From an uncultured bacterium (lineage in GTDB: Bacteria; Latescibacterota; UBA2968; UBA8231): a DNA stretch of 61,885 bases. Below are positions 8,754-17,045 of the stretch, piece after piece. The translations under genes were made by a program, and so were the position numbers. The notes under the pieces are model-generated. The model made no database searches. It was not told the origin of the DNA and saw only the letters and a program-made list of their open reading frames with translations. The stretch covers positions 1 through 61,885 of the forward strand of contig CALDFW010000017.1 of assembly GCA_937942165.1 (NCBI GenBank). Reading direction: 5' to 3'. Within the stretch, counting starts at the first letter, position 1. Each line of letters begins with the position of its first letter.

Positions 8754-10018
8754 AGCTCGTCTGCTCGATGGGCCACCTTGCGAATAGCCGCTACGTACGC
8801 ATCGATCACTTCGGGGCGATAATGCTTAAACCACGGAATAGACAGACACCGTTCGGGAAGCGTTTCCGTTACGGGAAGCGATCCTATCCCCTGCCGTAGA
8901 TCGCGATCGGAAAAAGCAATGCGCGTCGGCTTTCCGTCGCCATAGATATCGGCCTCATTCAATACGGCGTGCAAATGCATCAGCGGGTTGGCCCCTGGCC
9001 GTAAACCAAACGAACCTCCTTCAGCGTTGACCGCTTCGCAAAAGCGAGCAACGGGCAGCCCGCCCAGTTCTTCTGCGACGTAGAGCCCTTTAGCTGCATA
9101 CCATCCACCCATCGTGCTCCCGCTCTCTGAAGGAGGCCGGTGCGCTTTAATACCCGGCACGTCTTCCAGCTCATCCCAGAAGTAATTCATGGCTTTTTGG
9201 ATTACTTCAACCCGCTCGTCGTAGTGCTTGAGCTGCACGCGTCCCACCGCCGATGAGAGCTGATGCATGCGATACTTATACCCCCCAAGCGGCATCCCTT
9301 GAAAGGGGACCAACTCAGCATCTTCTACTTCAAACGAGCGCTGGTAGTGTCCAAAAGAAACGGACCGTTCGTAAATTTGCCTGTCCTCTGTCACTAAAAA
9401 CCCGCCCTCTCCACACGGCAGCGATTTACCCGACATAATAGACATCGCACCCACGTGACCAATGGTGCCTAACAGTCGACCTTTATACAGCCCTCCCTGT
9501 GCATGAGATACATCTTCTATCACCTTGATCCCCCGGCGCTCTGCGATCTCCATAATTGGGTCCATATCCGTCGGGTAGGCGCTGTAATGAACAACGATGA
9601 TTGCCTTGGTCCGATCCGTTATGCGCGATTCGACATCGGCAGGATCCAGCGTCAGCGTTGATGGATCCATCTCGCCGAAAACGACCGTTGCCCCCAGAGA
9701 AAATACCTGCAACGCAGATCCCCAATAGGTCATACTCTGACATATCACTTCGTCTCCGCGGCGCACGCCACACGCCCACATAGCAGCCTGTATAGCAGCC
9801 GTGCCCGTGTTGTGACAGAGTACATAGGGTAGGTTAAAATATGCACAGAGCTCTTCTTCAAATTGACGGGTTACGTCCGTTCCAGACATCGCCCCTCTGC
9901 GCAGGACAGCCAGCACCGCTTCCTCGTCTTCAGGCGTGATTATAGGCCAGCGAAAGATATCGCCTTCCTCTACCGACTCCAGGGTCTTTTTTCCGCCCAG
10001 TAGGGCTAAATCACTCAT
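8744..10018 (-). CDS. DegT/DnrJ/EryC1/StrS-family PLP-dependent enzyme (aminotransferase-like)
   Basis: MSDLALLGGKK N-terminus, HNTGTAAIQAAM, EDVSHAQGG, and SIMSGKSLPCGEGG (putative PLP lysine). 424 aa, longer than typical sugar aminotransferases. Confidence 0.8.
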   Translation of the reverse strand: MSDLALLGGKKTLESVEEGDIFRWPIITPEDEEAVLAVLRRGAMSGTDVTRQFEEELCAYFNLPYVLCHNTGTAAIQAAMWACGVRRGDEVICQSMTYWGSALQVFSLGATVVFGEMDPSTLTLDPADVESRITDRTKAIIVVHYSAYPTDMDPIMEIAERRGIKVIEDVSHAQGGLYKGRLLGTIGHVGAMSIMSGKSLPCGEGGFLVTEDRQIYERSVSFGHYQRSFEVEDAELVPFQGMPLGGYKYRMHQLSSAVGRVQLKHYDERVEVIQKAMNYFWDELEDVPGIKAHRPPSESGSTMGGWYAAKGLYVAEELGGLPVARFCEAVNAEGGSFGLRPGANPLMHLHAVLNEADIYGDGKPTRIAFSDRDLRQGIGSLPVTETLPERCLSIPWFKHYRPEVIDAYVAAIRKVAHRADELCA

Positions 10019-10080
10019 AAACTAACTCCCTTTTCTCAAAGCATTCGCATAGCTTTTAGGATTGAATTAGCTTGCGCACT

Positions 10081-11025
10081 TCAGCGCGTAATTTCTCTCA
10101 GGCGCTCTATAGTAGGCATAAAATCACGCTCCCAGACCGACTGTACGACCCCGTCTTTTATGTAGGCCAGCCGCGGATAACCGTGGGCATAGGTCAGGCG
10201 ATAAAAGTCAGTTAACGAAACGGTCGCAATATCAAAGAGGGGATTAAAACGACGTTCAAATTCGACGAGTTGATTAGACTCTTGCGAAAAGCTGGTAAGC
10301 GCAATGACGCGAGGAAGCGCGTCATCCTGCGCCATAGCATTGATCTTTGGCACGGCGTTTATACAGTGACCACACACTGGACTAAATAACTCAATTAAGT
10401 ACCTACCCTTTTGTAGATCAGCGTCTACTCCCTTGAGAGACAGCCCAATAAGACGAACATCCGCCTTCAAATCCGATGCCTCTAAGCGCTCGACCTCGGG
10501 TAAAAAGCGAATCCCACAAACGATCAGAGCCAACACATATAAACCGGGGGCTATCCCGCGGTACTGAATTCCTTGAGGTGTCCACGGCAAGCGCTCTACC
10601 GATCTAGACCGCAGGAGGGCAAACCCCAACATACAGAGCATTACGGCATCTTCAACAGCGGCTTCACCGGGACTCCGCTCCACAAGTGCACCAAAGCATC
10701 CGCAGTCAATCGAAGCCCCCATTTTCCAAGCATAGGTGAGCAATCCCGTAAAAAAGGCCATCAGCAGCGTTGCAACGGGCAGCGTGATCCTCGGCAGCCA
10801 GTTAAAGACCAGCGCGACGCCAAGCCCTACCTCAAAAGGGGCTAATAAAACCGCCGCCTTAGCAACTGGCTGAAAATACTCGCGTCCAAAACCCAGTAGT
10901 TGGGTGTAGGGTATGGCCTCCCAATAGAATAGAATGGGCTCCCAGGTCTTAATAGCCCCTGAAATCAGGTAGACGATCCCTATCAGAATTTGAAAAATAC
11001 GCGCTGTCTTGTTTGCTGCCTCCAT
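10081..11025 (-). CDS. MauE/DoxX-type membrane domain fused to a thioredoxin-like (CGHC) domain
   Basis: The N-terminal half has multiple TM helices with a DCGCFG motif (MauE/DoxX signature). The C-terminal half has LIELFSPVCGHCINAVP, a CxxC thioredoxin/TlpA-like motif. Confidence 0.75.
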   Translation of the reverse strand: MEAANKTARIFQILIGIVYLISGAIKTWEPILFYWEAIPYTQLLGFGREYFQPVAKAAVLLAPFEVGLGVALVFNWLPRITLPVATLLMAFFTGLLTYAWKMGASIDCGCFGALVERSPGEAAVEDAVMLCMLGFALLRSRSVERLPWTPQGIQYRGIAPGLYVLALIVCGIRFLPEVERLEASDLKADVRLIGLSLKGVDADLQKGRYLIELFSPVCGHCINAVPKINAMAQDDALPRVIALTSFSQESNQLVEFERRFNPLFDIATVSLTDFYRLTYAHGYPRLAYIKDGVVQSVWERDFMPTIERLREITR

Positions 11026-11200
11026 AGCGCTCTCCGCTTGATCTGATAAAAAATATGGATAGAAAGCGGCAACTCTGATCCGCCTTTATCCCCTTAATAA
11101 AAATACTGTAAACAATCTGCGAAAGCTTCCAACGGAGGGCAACTGGCATTCTGGTCTCAAACAAGCAAACCCGTGATTGACTACCGCATGCTCCTTGAAC

Positions 11201-11247
11201 ACAAAGCCAAAAGGGCGCTCCCAGATCTGGTAATCTGAGAGCGCCCT
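11201..11247 (-). terminator. Rho-independent terminator downstream of aminotransferase gene 11325-12467
   Basis: 9-bp stem AGGGCGCTC (11212-11220) / GAGCGCCCT (11239-11247). On the minus strand it is followed by TTTGGCTTTGT. Confidence 0.6.
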
Positions 11248-11324
11248 GAGAAAAAGAATTCAGGCAATTATTAGTGAGAGAACGATGCCTTTATGCGCTG
11301 AGCTGACCTATCTGCAAACGCACG

Positions 11325-12467
11325 TTACGCGTAGTGACGGGTGATAGCCTCGGCCACGCGATCGACTTGTTCAAAGGTCATATCGGGAAACATCGGCAGA
11401 GACAGCAGTTGAGAACAAACGCGTTCACAGTGGGGAAAATCTCCCACGCCGTACCCCAAAGAAGCAAAGGCGGGCGTCAGATGTAGGGGATGAGGATACT
11501 GAACGCCGGACTCGATGGCCTGTTCGCGTAAATCAGCCGCCAGATCAGAGCGATCGGGCACGCACACGACATATAGGTGGTAAACGTGCTGAGCATAGGG
11601 AGCTTCCTCGGGCAACTGAACGGCCGACACTTCGCAGAGCGCTTTTCGATAGCGCCCTGCCAGAGCACGCCTATGCGCATTCCACTGGTCCAAATAGCGG
11701 AGCTTGACGTCGAGAACAGCCCCCTGAATGCCGTCCATGCGGTGGTTTCCCCCCACTTCGATGTAGTTAAACTTATCCCCCTTCGCCTGTCCGTGATTGC
11801 GCAATCGGCGCAAGCGCTCGGCCAGCACGTCATCATCTGTAGTGAGTCCGCCCGCATCGCCGTAAGCGCCCAAGTTTTTCCCCGGATAAAAGCTGAAGCA
11901 AGCCACGCGTCCGAGCCCGCCTACCGGCTGGTCGTCATAGCGGGCCCCATGTGCCTGAGCCGCGTCTTCAATAATTGCTATATCACGGCGCTTCCCCAAT
12001 TCAGCTAGGGGCCCCATATCTGCGGGTTGGCCATAGAGATGAACAGGTATTATTGCCCGCGTGCGGGCGGTGAGCGCGTCATCTATTCGCTGAGGATCTA
12101 GCGTGAAGAAATCGGGATCTACGTCGACGAAAACGGGACGGGCACCAACTTGAAAGATGGCCTCTACCGTCGCTCCAAAGGTCAACGGCGTCGTAATGAC
12201 TTCGTCACCTTCTCCCACGCCACACCCCTGCAGTGCAAGACGCAGTGCGTCTGTACCGCTACTCACACCCACACAGTGTTTAACCTGGCAATAGTCGGCA
12301 AACGCCCGTTCAAAACGCTCTACCTGTGGGCCGAGAATGAAACTGCACCCCTCCACCACCTCACGTATTGCACCATCTAGCTCTGCGCGCAAACGGGCAT
12401 GCTGGAGACTCAGATCGTTCATTGGAATGGGCGACTGCTCAATATGTGGAATTGGTATGGCCGTCAT
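11325..12467 (-). CDS. DegT/DnrJ/EryC1/StrS-family sugar aminotransferase
   Basis: 380 aa. NDLSLQHARLRAELDGAI, FILGPQVERFE, GVSSGTDALRLAL and SFYPGKNLGAYGDAGG (PLP lysine) are typical WecE/ArnB-like motifs. Confidence 0.88.
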   Translation of the reverse strand: MTAIPIPHIEQSPIPMNDLSLQHARLRAELDGAIREVVEGCSFILGPQVERFERAFADYCQVKHCVGVSSGTDALRLALQGCGVGEGDEVITTPLTFGATVEAIFQVGARPVFVDVDPDFFTLDPQRIDDALTARTRAIIPVHLYGQPADMGPLAELGKRRDIAIIEDAAQAHGARYDDQPVGGLGRVACFSFYPGKNLGAYGDAGGLTTDDDVLAERLRRLRNHGQAKGDKFNYIEVGGNHRMDGIQGAVLDVKLRYLDQWNAHRRALAGRYRKALCEVSAVQLPEEAPYAQHVYHLYVVCVPDRSDLAADLREQAIESGVQYPHPLHLTPAFASLGYGVGDFPHCERVCSQLLSLPMFPDMTFEQVDRVAEAITRHYA

Positions 12468-12609
12468 TGCGAACTCCTAGGTCAAAAAGTAAGCAACCCA
12501 CACAGGGTACATTCGGAATGTTGCAAGCTGATTCGCTCCCTCTCCCTAACGCACCCCGAAAGAGGATATTTATAAGTATAGCAAATACAGTACCGGTACA
12601 AATGACCTG

Positions 12610-12636
12610 CTCTTGTCGACTTTCCGTCGACAAGAG
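12610..12636. repeat. Perfect 11-bp inverted repeat with 5-nt spacer (CTCTTGTCGAC-TTTCC-GTCGACAAGAG)
   Basis: Read directly from the sequence. It lies in the 401-bp gap upstream of aminotransferase gene 11325-12467. It could be an operator or an RNA hairpin. No clean T-run on either strand. Confidence 0.6.
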
Positions 12637-12764
12637 CCCCTTTCTCACTACGTATCGACCGTTTTCTATTTTTCTCTATGAAAAATTTTCCCATTGCCTT
12701 CTACTAGAGCCCCCGAGTGTAATGCAAGCTCCCCCTACTGCACTCTGAAGCCCATGAGGATACG

Positions 12765-12835
12765 AAAAACCCAGCGAAGAAGACTCTATTTTTCCGGGTT
12801 TACCGACAGATAGAGCACTCAGCGCTGGGCTTTTT
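12765..12835 (-). terminator. Long nested hairpin flanked by A5/T5 (bidirectional-looking terminator downstream of kptA)
   Basis: Outer stem CCCAGCG (12770-12776) / CGCTGGG (12823-12829). Inner stem CTCTAT (12784-12789) / ATAGAG (12810-12815). AAAAA lies on the left and TTTTT on the right, so a T-run follows the stem on both strands. Confidence 0.6.
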
Positions 12836-12868
12836 GTGTGGCGGTTTGTGACCGCTTTTGCATTTAAC

Positions 12869-13498
12869 TTAACGCGTTACAAAACGCGGCTTTCTCCCAA
12901 AGGATGCCGGTGCCGATTGGCGCGTATCTTCAGTCCCACTACCGACTGAACTGCCCTCCGCTCCTAAGAGTTGCCCTACGCATTCGGGGGGTATTTCCTC
13001 TGTTAAGATCACCTCACCCCTAACAAAAAACGCGATATCTTTTTCGTGCGCTTTGTCCGCTAAGATCTCGACGACCAAGGGTCCGGACTTTTCGTGACTG
13101 CGACCGGCAGCGGTCTCACGATCAAGAGAAAGGTGCACGTAGTAGCGATCGCCCGACGTTATACCTTCCGTCGCATAGGCTCGAGCCGCCGCATGCGTGG
13201 TGCCCATATACAGACGATCGGGTGGAGGCACCATAGGCTCACCATCCATTTCAATAAAGAAGCTGTGTCCATACAGAGCGCGAATACCGTAATCGTTGAC
13301 TTCGAAACGACGCTGCTTTGGATCGTCGACCAAAGACAGGACATCGTCTTCCGTAACTTCCTCATATCGCTCTTGCAAAGCCTGCAGCACCTGGTCAACA
13401 GGCGCATAGCCATACGTATCGATCTCGAGCCCAAACTCGTCTGGCTTGTGGCGCAGCATAAGCGACAAAAGCTTTGAAATCCGACTTCGATTAGCCAA
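12869..13498 (-). CDS. kptA: RNA 2'-phosphotransferase (Tpt1/KptA family)
   Basis: ISKLLSLMLRHKPDEFGLEID aligns with the E. coli KptA N-terminus (SKFLSFVLRHKPEAIG). Also ALYGHS, LYMGTTH and YVHLS motifs. Apparent TTG start. About 30-aa Gly/Ser/Arg-rich C-terminal extension. Confidence 0.85.
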   Translation of the reverse strand: MANRSRISKLLSLMLRHKPDEFGLEIDTYGYAPVDQVLQALQERYEEVTEDDVLSLVDDPKQRRFEVNDYGIRALYGHSFFIEMDGEPMVPPPDRLYMGTTHAAARAYATEGITSGDRYYVHLSLDRETAAGRSHEKSGPLVVEILADKAHEKDIAFFVRGEVILTEEIPPECVGQLLGAEGSSVGSGTEDTRQSAPASFGRKPRFVTR

Positions 13499-13711
13499 TT
13501 TTTTCTATTTTCCTGTTAATGATGTGATAAAATGAAATCTACTGAGCACATCTGCTCGCCGATATAACTCCTGCACAGAGCACACTGTCCCCTGCGCCTT
13601 TGTCCTATCGAAGAGTGCCAGGCGTTGGACCTCGTTGACAGCATCCAACCGCCCAGCATGCGCACCGTAAATATACTTTATCACTAGCCCGACGCAATCG
13701 CTCTTGCTGCT

Positions 13712-14890
13712 CTACCCCATTCTTCGCCGCAAAAAAGTAGGTATATCAAGGTTTTCCCCATTTCCACTATTGGCATTTCCATTCGTCTCTACATCAGCTG
13801 TGCGACGCCGCGTGTGAGCCGGCACATTCAAGTTTTCTATTTTTTTCACGCCGGGTGCTTCCTTCTCGGCCGGTACAGCGATTTGGTTATCGCGCTGTGC
13901 AGCGGGTGCAGCGAGGCGGCTTTCGCTGCTTAGATTGAATCCCGTTGCAATGACCGTGACGCTGATTTCATCTAGCATCTGATCGTCTTTTACCGTGCCG
14001 AAGATAATGTTTGCTTCCTGTCCGGCGGCCTCGTGTATAAGCGACATCGCTTCGTTCACCTCGAAGAGCGTCAGATTCGAATCCGCTGCAATATTGATCA
14101 GGACCCCCTTCGCACCGTGGATCGACACATCTTCTAAGAGCGGACTCTGGATCGCTTTGCGGGCAGCCTCTACCGCGCGATTCTCTCCTTTGTGTGTGCC
14201 GACGCCCATGATCGCATCTCCACCCTGCGATATAATGGTCTTCACATCGTTAAAGTCGAGATTGATCATACCGGGTATGGTAATGAGGTCGGCGATGCCG
14301 CGCGTCGCCTGCATAAGCACTTCGTCTGCTTGAAAGAAGGCTTGATCAAGCGTTGTATCCCGATCGCAAATACTCAACAGACGCTGATTTTTTATCGTAA
14401 TAAGCGTATCGACTCGCTCCTGTAATTCCCCCAAACCGGTGTGCGCGTTGCGCATCCGAGGAAACCCTTCCATGACAAAGGGCTCGGTAACGATGCCCAC
14501 CGCCAGAGCCCCCTGATCCCTACAGATCTCAGCCACCACAGGCGCTGCTCCCGTGCCAGTGCCTCCCCCCATGCCCGCCGTAATAAACACCAGATCGGCA
14601 TCGGCGAGGCGCTCTGCCACCTTATCGCGATCCTCTTCAATCGCCTGGCGCCCAATCTGTGGATCAGCACCCGCTCCCAACCCACGCGTCACCCCATCCC
14701 CGATGCAAATGCAGGCATCTGCCGATGAAGTCTCCAAGACCTGCGCATCGGTATTAATTGCAATAAATTCTACGCCGTTCATGCCGGATTGAATCATGCG
14801 ATTAATTGCATTGCCGCCAGCGCCCCCCACGCCGACAACCTTGATACGCGCTTTCCGCTCGTCCTCAATGATTCTAAAGTTCATAGCCAA
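13712..14890 (-). CDS. ftsZ: Cell division GTPase FtsZ
   Basis: IKVVGVGGAGGNAINRM and the tubulin signature GMGGGTGTGAAP. Confidence 0.97.
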   Translation of the reverse strand: MAMNFRIIEDERKARIKVVGVGGAGGNAINRMIQSGMNGVEFIAINTDAQVLETSSADACICIGDGVTRGLGAGADPQIGRQAIEEDRDKVAERLADADLVFITAGMGGGTGTGAAPVVAEICRDQGALAVGIVTEPFVMEGFPRMRNAHTGLGELQERVDTLITIKNQRLLSICDRDTTLDQAFFQADEVLMQATRGIADLITIPGMINLDFNDVKTIISQGGDAIMGVGTHKGENRAVEAARKAIQSPLLEDVSIHGAKGVLINIAADSNLTLFEVNEAMSLIHEAAGQEANIIFGTVKDDQMLDEISVTVIATGFNLSSESRLAAPAAQRDNQIAVPAEKEAPGVKKIENLNVPAHTRRRTADVETNGNANSGNGENLDIPTFLRRRMG

Positions 14891-14931
14891 CTCTCCTCGC
14901 TAAGTTGTTGTCTAAACACCCTACGCCGCGC

Positions 14932-16176
14932 TTAGACCCATGTTTGAAACCACTCTTTCATACGTCCGAAAACTGCTTCAAAACCGGCTCCATCAAGATT
15001 CTCTCCGCGCGGCCATTGCCCTTCCCCGCGATCGCTGCGCTCTCCGGCTAGTCGCGCAAGCCCCACCGCCGTCGCATAGCCCGGATTATCCATCCCATCG
15101 ACCATACCAACAACGCCGCTCGGCCTGCCCAGGCGAACGGGAATCTCAAATACTCGCTCTGCCAGTTCAGCCGCCCCATCGACCAATGCCCCCCCGCCAG
15201 TCAGCACAATACCCGCTCCCAAATCAAGTCGATTTGAGCCCAGTCGTTCCCGAGCAAGCATGAATATTTCCTCCATCCGCGCCTCGATTATGTCCGCTAG
15301 GAGACGACGAGAAACCTGCGTCGCAGGCCTTCCGGATACGCCGGGCACCTCGACCGTTTCATCTTCGCCAACGGAGTGCAGCGAAGCGGTCCCATGCGTG
15401 CATTTCAACACTTCGGCGATGGGCCACCCCGTGCGCAAACCTATTGCCACGTCGCTCGTCACGTTTTGGCCTCCGAGTCCAATGACCCCAGTATAGCGCA
15501 AACTGCCGCGCGAAAATACGGCCATATCCGTAGTCCCCCCACCGATATCAACCAAACAGACGCCCATTTGCCGCTCGTCACTGTCCAATACCGCCGCGCT
15601 AGAAGCAAGGGGCTCCAGTGCAATATCGCGAACCGCTAGTCCCGCTCTCAGAATACTGCGACAGATGTTCTGGGCCGCAGTAACCGCACCCGAGACAACG
15701 TGTACCTGCACTTCCAAACGCACGCCCAGCATGCCAACCGGATCAGCAATGTCGCGACGACCATCGACGATAAATTCTTGCGGCAATACGTGCAGGACCT
15801 CCCGATCGATAGGCGTCTTCACGGCACCAGCCGATTCGAGCACCCGCTGGCGATCTTCTTCTGTGATGCGACCATCAGCCCCTGCCACCGCTACGACTCC
15901 AGAGCTGTCTTGACTGCTTACGTGTTCACCGGCAATACCGACAAAGACTTCTCTCACTTCCATACCGGCCATAAGCTCAGCTTGCCGCACTGCTTTTTCG
16001 ACGGACTGCACCGTTTTTTCGACGTCGGTTATCACTCCTCGGCGCAGCCCCTGCGAAGGAAAGCTGGCAAATCCGAGAATCCGCGGCATTTTATTGGGCG
16101 CAATCTCGGCAATCACGGTACCTATTTTCGTCGTGCCTAAATCCAACCCGACGACGCATCTACTTTCTGCGCTCAT
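14932..16176 (-). CDS. ftsA: Cell division protein FtsA
   Basis: Actin-like ATPase motifs GLDLGTTK and DIGGGTTD. Positioned between ftsQ and ftsZ. Confidence 0.95.
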   Translation of the reverse strand: MSAESRCVVGLDLGTTKIGTVIAEIAPNKMPRILGFASFPSQGLRRGVITDVEKTVQSVEKAVRQAELMAGMEVREVFVGIAGEHVSSQDSSGVVAVAGADGRITEEDRQRVLESAGAVKTPIDREVLHVLPQEFIVDGRRDIADPVGMLGVRLEVQVHVVSGAVTAAQNICRSILRAGLAVRDIALEPLASSAAVLDSDERQMGVCLVDIGGGTTDMAVFSRGSLRYTGVIGLGGQNVTSDVAIGLRTGWPIAEVLKCTHGTASLHSVGEDETVEVPGVSGRPATQVSRRLLADIIEARMEEIFMLARERLGSNRLDLGAGIVLTGGGALVDGAAELAERVFEIPVRLGRPSGVVGMVDGMDNPGYATAVGLARLAGERSDRGEGQWPRGENLDGAGFEAVFGRMKEWFQTWV

Positions 16177-17045
16177 CCCGTCCCTTTCTCCTTACCACCA
16201 ACCACGAGCTGGCCGCTGTAGCGCAGGTCGATATAGGCTGGATTGGGGTACTCGCGATAAATTCTCGGCATCATGCGCTTGAGCTCTCGCAGACGCTCTT
16301 CTACGCGATCGAAAGGCAGACGCACTTCCAATCCGTCTCCGGCGAGTCTGAGACCAATGCCTTCATCGCTCAGTGCTTCCAGCTGAGAAATACCCATACA
16401 AAAATCTGGATCCACGTCTGTCGCCTGCTTCCACCAGGTGAGCACATCGTCCAAAACGCCTGCAGTGTCGACCAATGCCATTCCCACATAGAGTGAATCC
16501 GCGATAGGCGTGATCCCCGATATAACGGGTAAATCCACCTCCGTAAGCGTTTCGTTGGCTAGGCGATTTGCAGGCAATAGAACGCCTTCATCGTCAATGC
16601 CATAGGTCTGATCCAACACCACCCAAGCGAAGCGCTGGCGTTCTACGAGCTCGACTACGAGTCGATCCGGCGGCTTGCGCACTACAACCGCACGCCTCAC
16701 CCAGGGAACCGCTTCCAGCCGATTGGCAACAGCGCGCAAATCAACTTCCAGCACATTATCTCCTATCTCTAAACCGCTGGCAGCCAGCACATCTTCCCCC
16801 GTGAGCAACCGCAAACCATTGACTTCGATCGCGACGAGCTCAAACTGAGCTGCATATGCGCGAGACTGACGCCATTCCCAAACCCCCCAAACAAATGAGA
16901 GCAATCCCATAAGAGGCAGTATCAGCAGCAGCCACTTCCCGCTGAACCCACCCCACCGCGCCACAGCGGCGGCTCTTTTACCCGTCTTCGACGTTGCACG
17001 GACCGTCTTTTTATTTCGTCTCACCGCGCCTCTCCACCGAGACAT
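16173..17045 (-). CDS. ftsQ: Cell division protein FtsQ
   Basis: Basic N-terminus, a single TM (WLLLILPLMGLLSFVWGVW), and a POTRA-like region (IEVNGLRLLTGEDVL). Synteny murC-ftsQ-ftsA. The start may be internal, because the ORF overlaps murC by 25 nt. Confidence 0.85.
   Translation of the reverse strand: MSRWRGAVRRNKKTVRATSKTGKRAAAVARWGGFSGKWLLLILPLMGLLSFVWGVWEWRQSRAYAAQFELVAIEVNGLRLLTGEDVLAASGLEIGDNVLEVDLRAVANRLEAVPWVRRAVVVRKPPDRLVVELVERQRFAWVVLDQTYGIDDEGVLLPANRLANETLTEVDLPVISGITPIADSLYVGMALVDTAGVLDDVLTWWKQATDVDPDFCMGISQLEALSDEGIGLRLAGDGLEVRLPFDRVEERLRELKRMMPRIYREYPNPAYIDLRYSGQLVVGGKEKGTG

Noticed and set aside
12754-12813. 19-codon basic ORF (MRIRKTQRRRLYFSGFTDR) inside the kptA-proximal hairpin region.
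   Set aside because: It has no Shine-Dalgarno sequence and lies within the terminator stem-loops. It is too short to evaluate and is most likely fortuitous.
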